A stretch of 64,000 nt of DNA, taken from the NCBI RefSeq assembly GCF_006345805.1, contig NC_043017.1, positions 24,676,001 through 24,740,000 of the forward strand. Direction: 5' to 3'. The DNA is from Octopus sinensis (lineage: Eukaryota). Positions 52,261-64,000 of this stretch are shown here, one piece after another. The notes beneath the pieces were generated by a model, which was given only the letters and a program-made list of their open reading frames with translations, made no database searches and was not told the DNA's origin. Every line of letters starts with the position of its first letter. The first letter of the stretch is position 1. The translations under genes and the position numbers were made by a program.

Positions 52261-53181
52261 TCCCTTGTCTGTCATAACAGCTCCAACACAGTGATTGCTA
52301 ACAGTTGCACAGGGCTTTTCTCCCTAGAAAAGTAAAAAAAGAAAAAGGTTAATTGGAAACTGGAATATATCCAATCACAGATTAAAAAAAACAAAACAAA
52401 ACAAACATATACACTTCGTTGACGTAGGTAATTATTTTTCACAGTTGCAATAAAAACCATGTTTTCATCTGTGTAGTTCAATACTCTACTGATGTAACTG
52501 CATAAGTTCCAGAAGCAATGTCAAGACATTAATACTGATTTCTTTTTTAAAATACATTTACAAACTATGTAAGAATTTGTGAAAATAGACATCAAGTAAA
52601 TCCTATCAGAAAACTCATTAGGAGAGGATGGGTGTTTAATTTTGAATCCGGTTCTAATGGTAATTGTATGTATGTATAAAGGAGTTCTAAGTCAGACAAG
52701 CTAATAATATACGGTCAAGAGAGTGAATATTAGGGATTCTTTTTATTTTTGCTTGGGTTTCAAGTTCAATTCTAATAAAAAGATTTATTGGATCCTTTAA
52801 TTATCACTTACGTGGAAATACACAACTGCTTTTGTTCTAGTCCATTCTGAAACTTCGGTAGAATTTAGTAAAATAACTTATAAGTAAGTATTTGGAATGT
52901 AAATTGACACAAAACATTAATGAAAGTTTTTAATCTAGAACAGCTGAAGACAGCTTGTAACGAAAGTGGGGTCAATATACAAAACTTGATTATAAAAGCA
53001 ATTGAATCCAAGATAAAGATACAGTTGAAGCCATCCACATCTATTGCCACGAAGTCTATAGAAACCCAAGATGAGGACTGGAGCAAATATTTTCATAAGG
53101 TACTGATCAGTAATATCAGCCACATTTTAAGATGCAAGGGAATCCTGGTGAACTGTTCACTCACAAGCCCAGAATTCACCA

Positions 53182-53337
53182 GGCTACAGGTATGGATTTG
53201 GATTTGTTGATTACAAACACCCAGAAGATGCAGTTAGAGCAGTTCAAACTTTAAATGGACTTCATACTAAGAGAAAAAGAATCTTGCTAGGCCCAGTGAA
53301 GAGGGCCAATGTTTATGTGGGCCACTTACCAAATCAT
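53182..53337 (+). pseudogene. Inverted partial duplicate of gene B (RRM1 RNP1 to RRM2 RNP2), copy C
   Basis: Translates GYRYGFGFVDYKHPEDAVRAVQTLNGLHTKRKRI..KRANVYVGHLPNH; 90/102 nt match B codons 53-86 by manual alignment; two internal deletions (10 and 11 nt). Confidence 0.9.
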
Positions 53338-56256
53338 ATAGACCAGAAAATGAGCATATGGACATATTTCTGCTATAAATGAGACATGTCAAAGACCTAG
53401 ACTACAAAACAGATTGCTGTACTCTGGATAAGATGAGAGAAAATAGTTCAAGGCAGGACATTCTAAAGCTGGTTTTTTAAATATTTACAGATATCAAGTG
53501 TTCATTTTTAGTAATTCATGCTTAATCCATTAGCATTTAAACTGACCATATCCAGCCAAAATATTCTACTTGTACAAACCAACTGGATTTGGCCTCTCAA
53601 ACCTACCCTACAATGTCATTATAAAAATGATCACATCATTGAAATAGCGAAGCTATACATAATTCAAACCAACAAGTATGACATTTGACACTAAACTGAA
53701 TGTATCTACTAGCAAGAGTAAGATAACTATATACAAGTGATGACAAAAAAAGAAATAGCAACCGCCTACTTAGCAGCAGCTTAATAATTTTAATGAATTA
53801 ACAGCAAATTTACGTCAGGTTAATAAGAAAACAGCAGCAATAACTTATTTCTGAAAGAGGATAAAGAAAATTATCATTGCTGATAGTAGAACAGAATGAT
53901 TATAAAGATGTAAATAAATAAAATAGCTTTGATAGTGTTTTTTGTGCTACTGACCAACTTAATTTCTTGGTCATTCACCATGGAATGAAATAACTGCCTT
54001 CTGGCCCTATAATTATCAATGGTGCCGATTAGTACTTGTTGATCCACATACAGTTCAGATATTTCAAAATGGATTTTTTCTTTTTGCTTGAAACAAAAAT
54101 GCTTGGATTGGACTGTTAATCTCTACTGACAAAACACTAGATGATTTTTAACATATGAATTTTCCCTGTATTTTGATATTTTACAACAGGACGCTCCTTC
54201 CTTAAATCAACAATTTTGTAAAATGAGACTTTTGTCAGATTTTACAAACAAACAATGCAAAACTTTCATAATTCTTAGAAATTTTACTTGGAGCAAGAAA
54301 GAATTGCCTGGCTATTATTAGCAACTATCAAAGAACAGGGGAGATAATTTCAGGTAATTAATTTCTCAGTTAATTTGCATGTGGTCTCTCTCAGGAGGAA
54401 GAGGAGAATTTGGCAGGTTTTCGTCATCTTGACTACATCAATGTAATTTACTCTCTTCTAGTTGAGCCTGATGATAAAATCAAAGTAGATTTTCACACAG
54501 AAAGCCAGTCGATGGCTTGAATTTGCATAATTCTTTTCTACTCTAGGCACAAGGCCCAAAATTGGGGAGGGGAGACAGTCAATTAAATCGACCCCAGTAT
54601 GCAACTAGTACATACGAAATACGGCTAAGCACCTTGGCATGCTCACTGCCTTTTGAATTTGCATAATTAAGTTAAAGAGTGACATAATGCTGTTACTTAA
54701 TTGAAATTTCTTGGACGAAGAAACTCAGAACGGGCAGTTAACAGCAACTCTTGATATTTGGTTTCCACTAAATTTTCAACAATCAAATCATATAAAAGTT
54801 ATTTCAGAAACTCTGAAATAGAATCAAATACCAATGACAATACACGAGCGAATGAAACAAAAGAAAATGTCTTTACCAGACATATTCAGTGATACTATCA
54901 ATGAAATATTAGTCAAAAGTCAAACATTACAGGTGATGATGTTTAATGCTTTAGCATTTAAACCACCTTAATATTCTACCTGTTTTATGTTCAAACTAAC
55001 CAGATCCAGTCTCTCACCCCTATCCAGTAATGTCATTCTAAAAATAAACAATCACATCTTCAAAACCTCAAAGCTACGAGATAATACAGGATCAATTTTA
55101 TAAAATAGGAACATATAAGTATAACATGTACAAAGGGTTAAATCCAGCCCTATGAATAATGGTATTCAAACTACCTTTGTTGTTCTCTCCTAAGTTTTAG
55201 GGGCTGATTTGACTATTTCTAGCCACATTTCTGATTTGCTCAACTTGAATAATACAACACAAAAAATCATACAATGGTTCATTGCCACAATAACTATAAG
55301 AAAGTGTATTCATCTCTTATAAAGAAGGGAACATACTCAAACAAAATGAGACTGTTCTCAACATTGATTGAACATTTACTTTCCAACAGTCAGATGCCCT
55401 GATCAATAAATAGTCAAGACATGCTTTTGAAAAGGAATGGAAACAAAACAGTATGGATTGAGGCTCTCTTATTTACAGTCAGTGCATGTACAGAGTATGA
55501 CGATGGACTTCAGTGTCTGTCTATCAATTTTACTCACAAAATATCGGTCAGAAACAGTGGCTATGTTGAGGGACTGAACCCCTAACCACACGATACCAAA
55601 GCAACTTCTTAAATATGCAGCCATGCTTGCTATACTAACAAAATCTTTCCACGTGTCTTAGTTAAAAAAAAACTCCATTTAACATTAAGAATGTTTTCAG
55701 GAAATAGTTAGCCGAACCTGACAGTACGTCTTTCATAAAGCTATACTTAGGGAATATTCAGTCAACTAATACTGATAGAGGGATTCTGTGGTTTCAGGTA
55801 GTGGAGCTGTATCACTTTACAATATAACCTAATGGACACAAGTGATGAAATAAAAGTTGTAGACACCTTGCAAATTCCAGCTTGAGATATGATAAGAACA
55901 TATCACTTGCAATGAATTATCATAGAAAAATGAGACAAGGTGCACTGCTGCTACATGCACAATATATCCAAGAGTATATTTAAAAGACCTGACAATAGAA
56001 ACTGTCACTTTGAGCTAGAAAGCTACATTATCAACTCTTCCCTCAACTCAACAAAATACACTGATATAGTTTCTTTTTTTCTTCTTACTCTCTTCTTACA
56101 CGTTTCACAATCGATATTCTCCCAAGCTGCAACCCTCTAGAGTTCTCTCCCTTTCTACACAAACTGATTATATGTAAGGTCACCAACTTGGGAAGATATT
56201 TAATTTTGCTCATTGCTATACTAACAAAATCTTTCCATGTGTCATATTCTTGATGC

Positions 56257-56622
56257 TTTCTTTCAGTCATTAGACTACGGTCATGCTGGGGCACCACCTT
56301 GAAGAGTTTGTAGTTGAATGAATCGACCCCAGTACCAATTTTTATTTTTTCTCCTCCTCAAGTTTGTTACCTATTCTATTGGACTCTTGCAAACTACCAA
56401 GATGTGGTGGTCGTGGTGGGGCATAGACACAAAGGCATACACATGCACACACACACACATAAAAGTTTTCTTCCAGTTTCCATCTACCAAATCCACACAC
56501 GAGGTATTGGTCGGCCAAAGGCTACAGTAGAGGACACTTCCCGAAGGTGCCATGCAGAGAGAGACTGAACCCAGAATCATGTGGTTGGGAAGCAAGCTTC
56601 TTACCACACAGCCACGCCTGCA
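56257..56622 (-). mobile_element. tRNA-derived SINE family 1
   Basis: Diverged full-length copy. Confidence 0.8.
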
Positions 56623-57121
56623 TCTCTATATCATGAATCAGTGTTTATCTCTATAGTTTTACTGAGAGAACAATAAATAAGCTATGACGTCAGTCCTTTA
56701 CAGCTGGTACCAGGGAAGAAAAAAAAAATTACACTGCTGTTGCCTGTAGTAACAAATCAACACTAGCCAACAATATCTAAGTGAATCGCATGATCTTTCA
56801 AGTTGGTTATCATGATTACTTATAAATCCAACAAACAATTGGCTCTGCATAAGAAGGCTAAAATCCAGTTCAAAAAGATAATTTTAACAATCAGCAAAAC
56901 CACCTATTCTTTTTTTAAAAAAATCACATCCCAAATGACAAGAGGAGCATCATCAAATGCAAACAAGGAATTGGAGGTCTATGAGGATATAAAAAAATAT
57001 CTTTATAAAATAGGTATTGTATCTGATGGCCTATAAGATGCACGAGAGCATAGGGTGTACCCTAGCCTAGGTTATACTTTTGCAAAATATATTACCACTA
57101 AAATAATGTTTTAATTCCTCC

Positions 57122-57330
57122 ACTTACCTGTATAACTTTATATTATTACCAGTAATTATAAGCAATTTATTGCATCCACATTCGATATAAACACACCGTA
57201 GGCGATTGTTCACCAATAGACGGTAGCATATGTTTTGTAAACATACCGTTTTGAGCCTGCACTGAGTGCATTGGACGCAAGGAGATTTTATGGGTAAAAA
57301 ACTTGTGTTTTGTCGGCCATCGAATACGGT
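57122..57330 (-). promoter_or_regulatory. Candidate first exon/promoter of gene B
   Basis: Consensus minus-strand donor CAG|GTAAGT (57128/57127) at the edge of a CpG-retaining unique patch with CCAAT (57213) and ATTGG (57270). The assignment is inferred. Confidence 0.35.
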
Positions 57331-58532
57331 ATCTTTTAGTACCTGTTGATTTGGTGTAAGTACAAATGGTAGATTTAATCTTTCAGCATTCAGACTGCTC
57401 TGTCAAATGTAATGCTTATTTATTCACATTGTTTTGAATTAATCATGCAGTATGTTGTGGCTTCTAGATCTTAATGATGTAATTGTTTAATTTTTTGACT
57501 GACATTGTAGGGAAGGAGTGAGAGGTCGGACCTGGCCAGTTTGAACTTAAAACAAGTAGAATATTTGGGCCAGATATGGTTGGTTTAAATGCTAAACGGT
57601 CAAGTCATTTTAGATAAATGCTTGAAGATAAACTTTAACATGGTGTTGCTTCCTGGCTCCTCTCCACGTGCAGTAGGTTGTTACACAACAGGAGTTCAAC
57701 CGGCAGCGAATGGCTGGGATTTTTTATGGTTGGATGCCCTTTCCGTCACAAAGCAAGGTAATGTTGCTTCTAGTCCATTGCACGTCACTGCTAACATGCA
57801 CCATAGGTCTACCATATATTAAAACATACACACCAGGATTTATTATTCAAGAAAGTAACCATTTCATGTCCTAGTGAATTCGTTCCAACTTTAGCAGTTG
57901 AAAATACAAATACTCCAAAATTATTGTAGGTTACAAGTCACTGTATGCTACAACATCTATCACAGACTATCATTCAATTATATTTTGACCATAAAGCATA
58001 GAACAGAAATTATTTGATCTTTTATGGTAGAATTGTCACGACAAACCAGCAGGATCTTCACCTTAACATCACTCAACCAAAAATCAATTACACAACTCAG
58101 TTCCTCCAAAACTGAAGGCAGGACACTTAATGTTACTTGTTCCTCTTAGCACCTGAATGACAAGAGGTCCCAATCTTAGTAACAATTAAAATGTGAACCA
58201 AACAACCTTGCACGAGAAACGACATACTGTGGTGAGCTGCAGAAATTATATCTTCACGAAAAAGCCATATAGAAAGCAATACATCAACAATACTAACAGA
58301 AATATTACAGACTTCGCTGTGTGGTTAAACATCTTGATTCCCAACCTTGCGGTCCTGTGGTCAGTCCTACAGCACGGAACCTTGGGCAAGTGTCATCTAT
58401 AGTCTCAGCCTGACGAAATCCTTAGGAGTGGACTTAGTGAACGGAAACTGAAAGAAGCCCGTCGTGTGTGTGTCTTTGTGGCACTTAAGGTGGGTGCCTT
58501 CTACTGTAGCCTTGTGAGTGGATTTAGTAGAC

Positions 58533-58693
58533 AAACTGAAAGAAGCCCATATGTATAGTTACTGTCTCCTTGCCATGACACTACGAGTGTAACCGTCATG
58601 CAAAAAACGTGTCCTTCGTTTTCTGCATGACGGTTACACTCGTAGTGTCATGGCAAGGAGACAGTAACTATACATATGGGCTTCTTTCAGTTT
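58533..58693. repeat. Perfect 70-bp inverted repeat (fold-back) inside SINE sequence
   Basis: 58533-58602 is the exact reverse complement of 58624-58693, followed inward by one mismatch, 6 more bp and a 7-nt loop. Confidence 0.93.
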
Positions 58694-60276
58694 TCAATAT
58701 TGTCTGAGCATGAGGAAATATTACCTTACTTGGACACAAGGGCTGGCAACAGGGAGGGCATTAGACTGTACAAAAATCAATAAATTCTGTACGACCCATG
58801 CAAGCGTGGTAAAGTGGAAGCTGAAACGACGATACACATACACGTGCCGACCGAGCGTGCACCTTGGTCTAGACATCACGTGATGCTTGTAAATAAACAT
58901 CATCGTGAGGCAAGCGAGATTAATTTAGTCTTCATGCCCAGTTACTGAAAAACATTACGTTGCTTGGAAACAGGTGAGGGTTGGCGACACAAAGGGTATC
59001 TGTCTCAAAAAATTCCGCCTGACCCTTGCCGGCGTGGAAAAAAAAAAAAAAAAAGACATTACATGATAGTGACATCCGATAAGGTAATCATCATTTCACG
59101 GTCAATTTATTAATAACAATTGACCACTTACAGGACATACACCAAAATCCAAGCCAAATGCTAAGTGAAATAGTATTTTTTTTACACACATACAAATCCT
59201 TGAAACTATACAGAATTGACATTACAAGCAGTTCCATGCAATCACGACTTTTCTTGCCGGATTTTAAACTATAAAAGCATTTATGTACTAGAAAAAAAAA
59301 AAAAAAATCATAAATGCTCGACAGCCATTGACCTTTTCTATCCGAAGCGGTTTTTTCTTTAGACCCAATATTTTCATGCTTATTATCCATGACTTCATTT
59401 GCTTCAGATTCACAGTTTAAAAAAAAAAACAACAAAAAACTACTAAGAATAATGAATGTTTGTTTATTTATTTTCAATCTAGTTATCTCGAATTAAAAAC
59501 AATGACTCGCTGCAACTTTCTAATTAGAGATTAATCACTACACGGCCTTTGATTAAAATTATGTGACATATGGCACTGCAAAAACAATAACAAATTCTCT
59601 AAACTGCTTTTAAGTTAAAATGTTGCGAGATTTAATGTTTAAAAAAAAAAACTTAGGAAGTTGTCGGTGAAGGGGGGCAAATATGTTATAATAGGAAAAT
59701 GAAAAAATACAAAAAAACATTTCGGTAACGGTTTGTTAGCTAAACCCCTGTGGGCCTTGTATTATGTTACACGTTTTAGGAGGGAAAAAAAATACAGGGA
59801 GCGGGATGAAAGAAAAGCAAGCGCGAACGAATCTATACAACCAGCAGTTAGTTACAAGATCGTTGAATATACATACACACACACACACATCTATGTGAAC
59901 ACATTATACATATATATGTATGTATATACATATGTGCTTTACTCATAAGCGTAGAGCAATCTCGATGATCTCTGTGAAGATCGCCGACTGTCATCATCAT
60001 CATAAACGTGACGATGGGTGACTAACTAATCACAATATTTAACGAAAAGAGTCCTAAAGATTTCAATTTTTACAAATCTCGAAGGCATCGAAAGACGAAA
60101 GGGGAAGGAGATAGACTGGCGCACGCGCATACAAGGCACACACACGAGAGGTTGGTTGCAAATATGAAAAGGGACTTGCGAAAACGTGTTCGAGTCTGCT
60201 ATAGCTTGTTTGTTTGTTTGATATTTCAGAAATGGATTTGTAAAATAACTATTTCTAATAGAGGTACGGCACAGGG

Positions 60277-60620
60277 CCAGCAAATTTTATGGGGAAGCGG
60301 GTTTCGTCGATGCCATTAACCCCCCCCCCATCTTCTCCATGGTAACATTTTAACGACTCCCGAAGGGATGAAAGGCAAGTCAACTTCGGCAGGATTTGAA
60401 CACAGAGCGTCAAGAGCCGGAACAAAGCCGCAAAGCACCCCACCACCACAAAGCTCCATTAAGTCTGACAATAATTCTATCCATTATAGGCACAAAGCCT
60501 GAAATTTTTTTATGCGGAGGGGATAGGATAGTTGATTGCATCGACACCGAAAGAGAGAGACCAAGTCAATCTCGGTCATAGTATTTGAACCCAGAACGAA
60601 TGCCGCTAAGTATTTTTTTC
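60277..60620 (-). mobile_element. Two degenerate SINE family 2 copies
   Basis: ggatgaaaggcaagtcaacttcggcaggatttgaac and a second, more decayed copy. Confidence 0.65.
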
Positions 60621-61100
60621 CACCGAAGGCTCTAACAAGTCTCACAATAATATCCAAAGCAAGAAAGAGTGGCGGAGATAAAATATACGTACACCACCCG
60701 TTTTTCGGCCCGACAAAAACCCTACCCGGGAAGAGTTTTGTTGAAAAGCCAAATTCCACTTTTAAATAAACAGTATAATTACCCCCCCCCCATGTTTAGT
60801 TATATATACCGGTGCCCCAGCATGGCCGCGGCCTTCGGGCTAAAACATTTTTAAGGATTTATACCTGTATACACTATCGTGCGTACATTCATTTCCTATC
60901 ATCACATTTTACAACAAATCTGTGTAATTGCTCATTCATTCGACAAAAGGCATCAATATGTAAAAAGAGAACTATCTTCTTTTTTAATCTAACAGCGTTA
61001 CTCCCTAAAAAAGCGATTATAAAGTTTCGGCTTTAAAATAATACCCCACCAAAAAGCTTATTTTTGTTCTCGAAGTACTAACGTGCAGTCACCCTTATTC

Positions 61101-61131
<31 letters not shown>

Positions 61132-61400
61132 GTACATACACACGCGTGCGTACATGATGTCTAGATAGAAGAGGCCTGAGAATAAGGTAAGGACACTGAC
61201 TGCTCGCAGGAAACTTGGTAAAAAAAATAAAAAAACGTTAGACTATATAAAGCCGCACTGAGTAAGCACAGTATTAAGTACATTTAAGGTGCCACATTGC
61301 GCTGAGAGAAGAGTTGAAATTCAAAATAATTTGTTTAAAAATGGGATCTATATCTCTATCGATCAAACTTCAGTATGTGACATCGATGATATATATATAT

Positions 61401-61457
61401 ATATATAGGCAATCTTTCGTCTCTAGGTCTACTAGAGACGAAAGATCGCCTATATAT
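61401..61457. repeat. 57-nt hairpin in a TA microsatellite
   Basis: atatataggcaatctttcgtctctag-gtcta-ctagagacgaaagatcgcctatatat; 26-bp arms with one mismatch. Confidence 0.85.
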
Positions 61458-62501
61458 GTATACATACATATTTATAGAACTAATGTATGAATAATTTGTC
61501 TCATAAACGTAAATTATAAATCCTTAACATCAAATTTTAACAGGATAAATAAACACAAAAGGATTTTATACAACTAAGTAAATGATAAAATAAAATAAAG
61601 CTATTTCGATCAACACGTGCACTAACTTACAATTATAAAATAAAAATGACCTTAGGGTATTATTATTAATCATCATCCACTTCTACTACCACCCAATCTC
61701 TAATTTAACATAATTATATAGTCAGCTCTATCACAAACGTATATATATATATATATTGTGTGTATATATATATATAGAGAGAGAGAGAAAGGGGGGCAGG
61801 AGCTTGATATATATACACTCACACACAAACTAATTTAATATATTAGAATATAGCCCGATATATAGAAGGATGACAAGCAATTAAGAGAAAAAATCATCTT
61901 GCAAGTGAAAATAAATAGAAAAGCAGCAAGTGAGAAAATAAGAGAAGACATGAATTTTAGACTTTTTGTTCTGACTGGTTGATACCGGCCGGCATATAAC
62001 ATGAATCCGCCTTTCAATGCCGTCTCCGCTCTCGTCTCTCTCTCTCTGGCTTAACGACTAGATGAGGAATCCATTAGCGAAAAATTGGACATAGAATCAG
62101 TTTCTCATATATATATATATACATATATATAAAGGAGAGAGCAGACATAATGTAACATTTTAAAAACTTAATTTACAAAATGAAATTGGCAAAACGTTTT
62201 AAAATGTGAGAATTTATACACACAAAATGACGTGTGGATGTATGTATGTTATATACGTACGGTACATATAGGCATTACACAACCACATTTTAATGCACGC
62301 ATTTTACACAATGTCGTATATATATATAACGAGCAAATGTGCGTGGATGTATATTGGAGGATCTGTCTAGATTAATTTCATATTCAGATCGCCGACAAAA
62401 TGCTTTGTTAATGGATCAAACAGAAAAGGTGGCTACAATGAAGAAAAGACAAAGGGAGAGACACCAAAATATAATATTATACAATACGTATGCCTCTCTA
62501 A

Positions 62502-62536
<35 letters not shown>

Positions 62537-64000
62537 TATATGTGTGTCCTTACATATGCGTGTATGTAATACGTGAGTTACACAAAGAGAAAGTATGTAA
62601 GAGAAAGAGATATACATTTGCATTACACACACGTGACAGGTAAATTAAGAATCGAGGGACGACGGCATTTCTTTGTTTTAATCTAAATTATGGGAAAATA
62701 AATATTTAATAAATAAAAAAAAAAAGAATATTAAAATTACACGACATTTGGCCCCCCCCAAAACCACAATTTTATCACCACAGGTTTATTTATTTATCAC
62801 TGACTTGGTATTACTTTATGGCACATTTTATTTCTTTTTCTGTCATCGACACAAGAAATGGCAAAGCCAAGTGGACTCCGGCCAGATTTGAACTTAATAA
62901 AACCCCTCCTCATGAGGGACCTAACTTAAAATGTTTGCAAGGAATGATGATGATGATGAACAAGACTAATTAATCTAAAATCCTCATCCATAAGAATACC
63001 CGATTCTGTTACTGGTCTTTTATCCATTTTTGCTAAGCAAAATTTAAAATTCTAGAGATTTTCTTTCAATGTTTCTGTCCTTTCTCTCTTCAACGGAAGA
63101 TGAAACCTGCTGCCATCAAGAATAATAAGTTTCTTTTTCAAAAATGCTGAAGATTTTGGTAGAGTTTTCTTTTTTTGTATCCGATCTAATTTAATTTTAA
63201 TGATTGTTAAACTATGAAGATAGAACATTTCATTATAACCATTAAAATAAATTATATATATATATACATATATAAAATTAAAAGAATTGAAACAAAGCTT
63301 AAAATTATGTAAAATATATAAAAAGAATAAGAATTAGGGGAGAAAAAAACCCCCTTTTTTTGTATTTAAATCCTTTTCTTTCACAGTTGGAAGATTAGGA
63401 ATGATTTATTGTTAAGGAGGAAGAATAGAGAAGAAAGAAATATAACAAAGCTAGGCAATTAGAAAGTATTATGTCTCATATATTATATATATATATTTTA
63501 TGTAGGTAGGCATGATTAATGGTGTGGAATAATAATAAATAAATATTAAATACTAAATAATAAAAAAACGATGCATCTTTTGTTTCTCGCCAAAAAAACT
63601 CGGCTCCCCCCCCTCTGCGTGTCCTCTCCTCCACCCCGCCAAAAAGCCAACAAAAGATGTGCATGTTTGAAAAAAAAGTGTCCATCGAGTGGCTGAGAGA
63701 AAAGGGTTTACATGTCAAACGAAGCACATGGTGGCGAACCAAGTAAGTGAGTGTCGGGGGAAAGAACATGCCACACACACACACACGGGAAAGGAAAAAA
63801 CGGCTGAAAAATTTTCAAACCCCCCTCCGACTTGACGCAAGGGAAAACATGTCAACCGACACTGTAAAGCTACCGAAAGACGAACGAAGCTCTTGCCGAA
63901 CGTTTCGTCTACATTACTGTCACAACTTGCGACACTGTTAAGAGGAAATAATGCGATAAAGGTAACACATTTTCGAAAAGAAAGCAGAAAATCGTACTAA

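Noticed and set aside
53880-54260. Coding-looking minus-strand frame (...KHFCFKQKEKIHFEISELYVDQQVLIG...)
   Set aside because: Interrupted by two stops and no family recognised; cannot be supported without a search.
63560-64000. GC/CpG-richer end of window as a promoter or exon of a neighbouring gene
   Set aside because: Suggestive, but cut by the window edge, with no ORF or splice evidence to anchor it.

Overview
AT-rich animal genomic DNA. The SINE families point to a coleoid cephalopod, most likely Octopus (inference). The window holds the last four coding exons and 3'UTR of a PP2A catalytic subunit gene (+, 115-9434). A repeat-dense block follows at about 11-32 kb, with tRNA-derived SINEs, RTE/CR1 LINE tails, piggyBac-, mariner- and foldback-type MITEs, Helitron-like pieces and a Penelope-like fragment carrying hammerhead-like motifs. 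Then comes a transposon-poor locus with three ELAV/Sex-lethal-family copies: A (+, 44931-45857, intact, 3 RRMs, CDS without introns), a convergent diverged paralog B (-, 51296-52252), and an unannotated inverted fragment C (+, 53182-53337). C lies in B's probable 5' intron and is complementary to B's own RRM1-RRM2 coding sequence, so it is a candidate built-in dsRNA/ADAR editing guide. Other signals at this locus: Sxl-like residues in RRM1-2, loss of the RRM3 dimerisation Trp in B, U-tract/uORF/alternative-acceptor leaders, a perfect RFX X-box over B's ATG, and small non-coding exons downstream of A. All calls were read by eye, and repeat boundaries are approximate.
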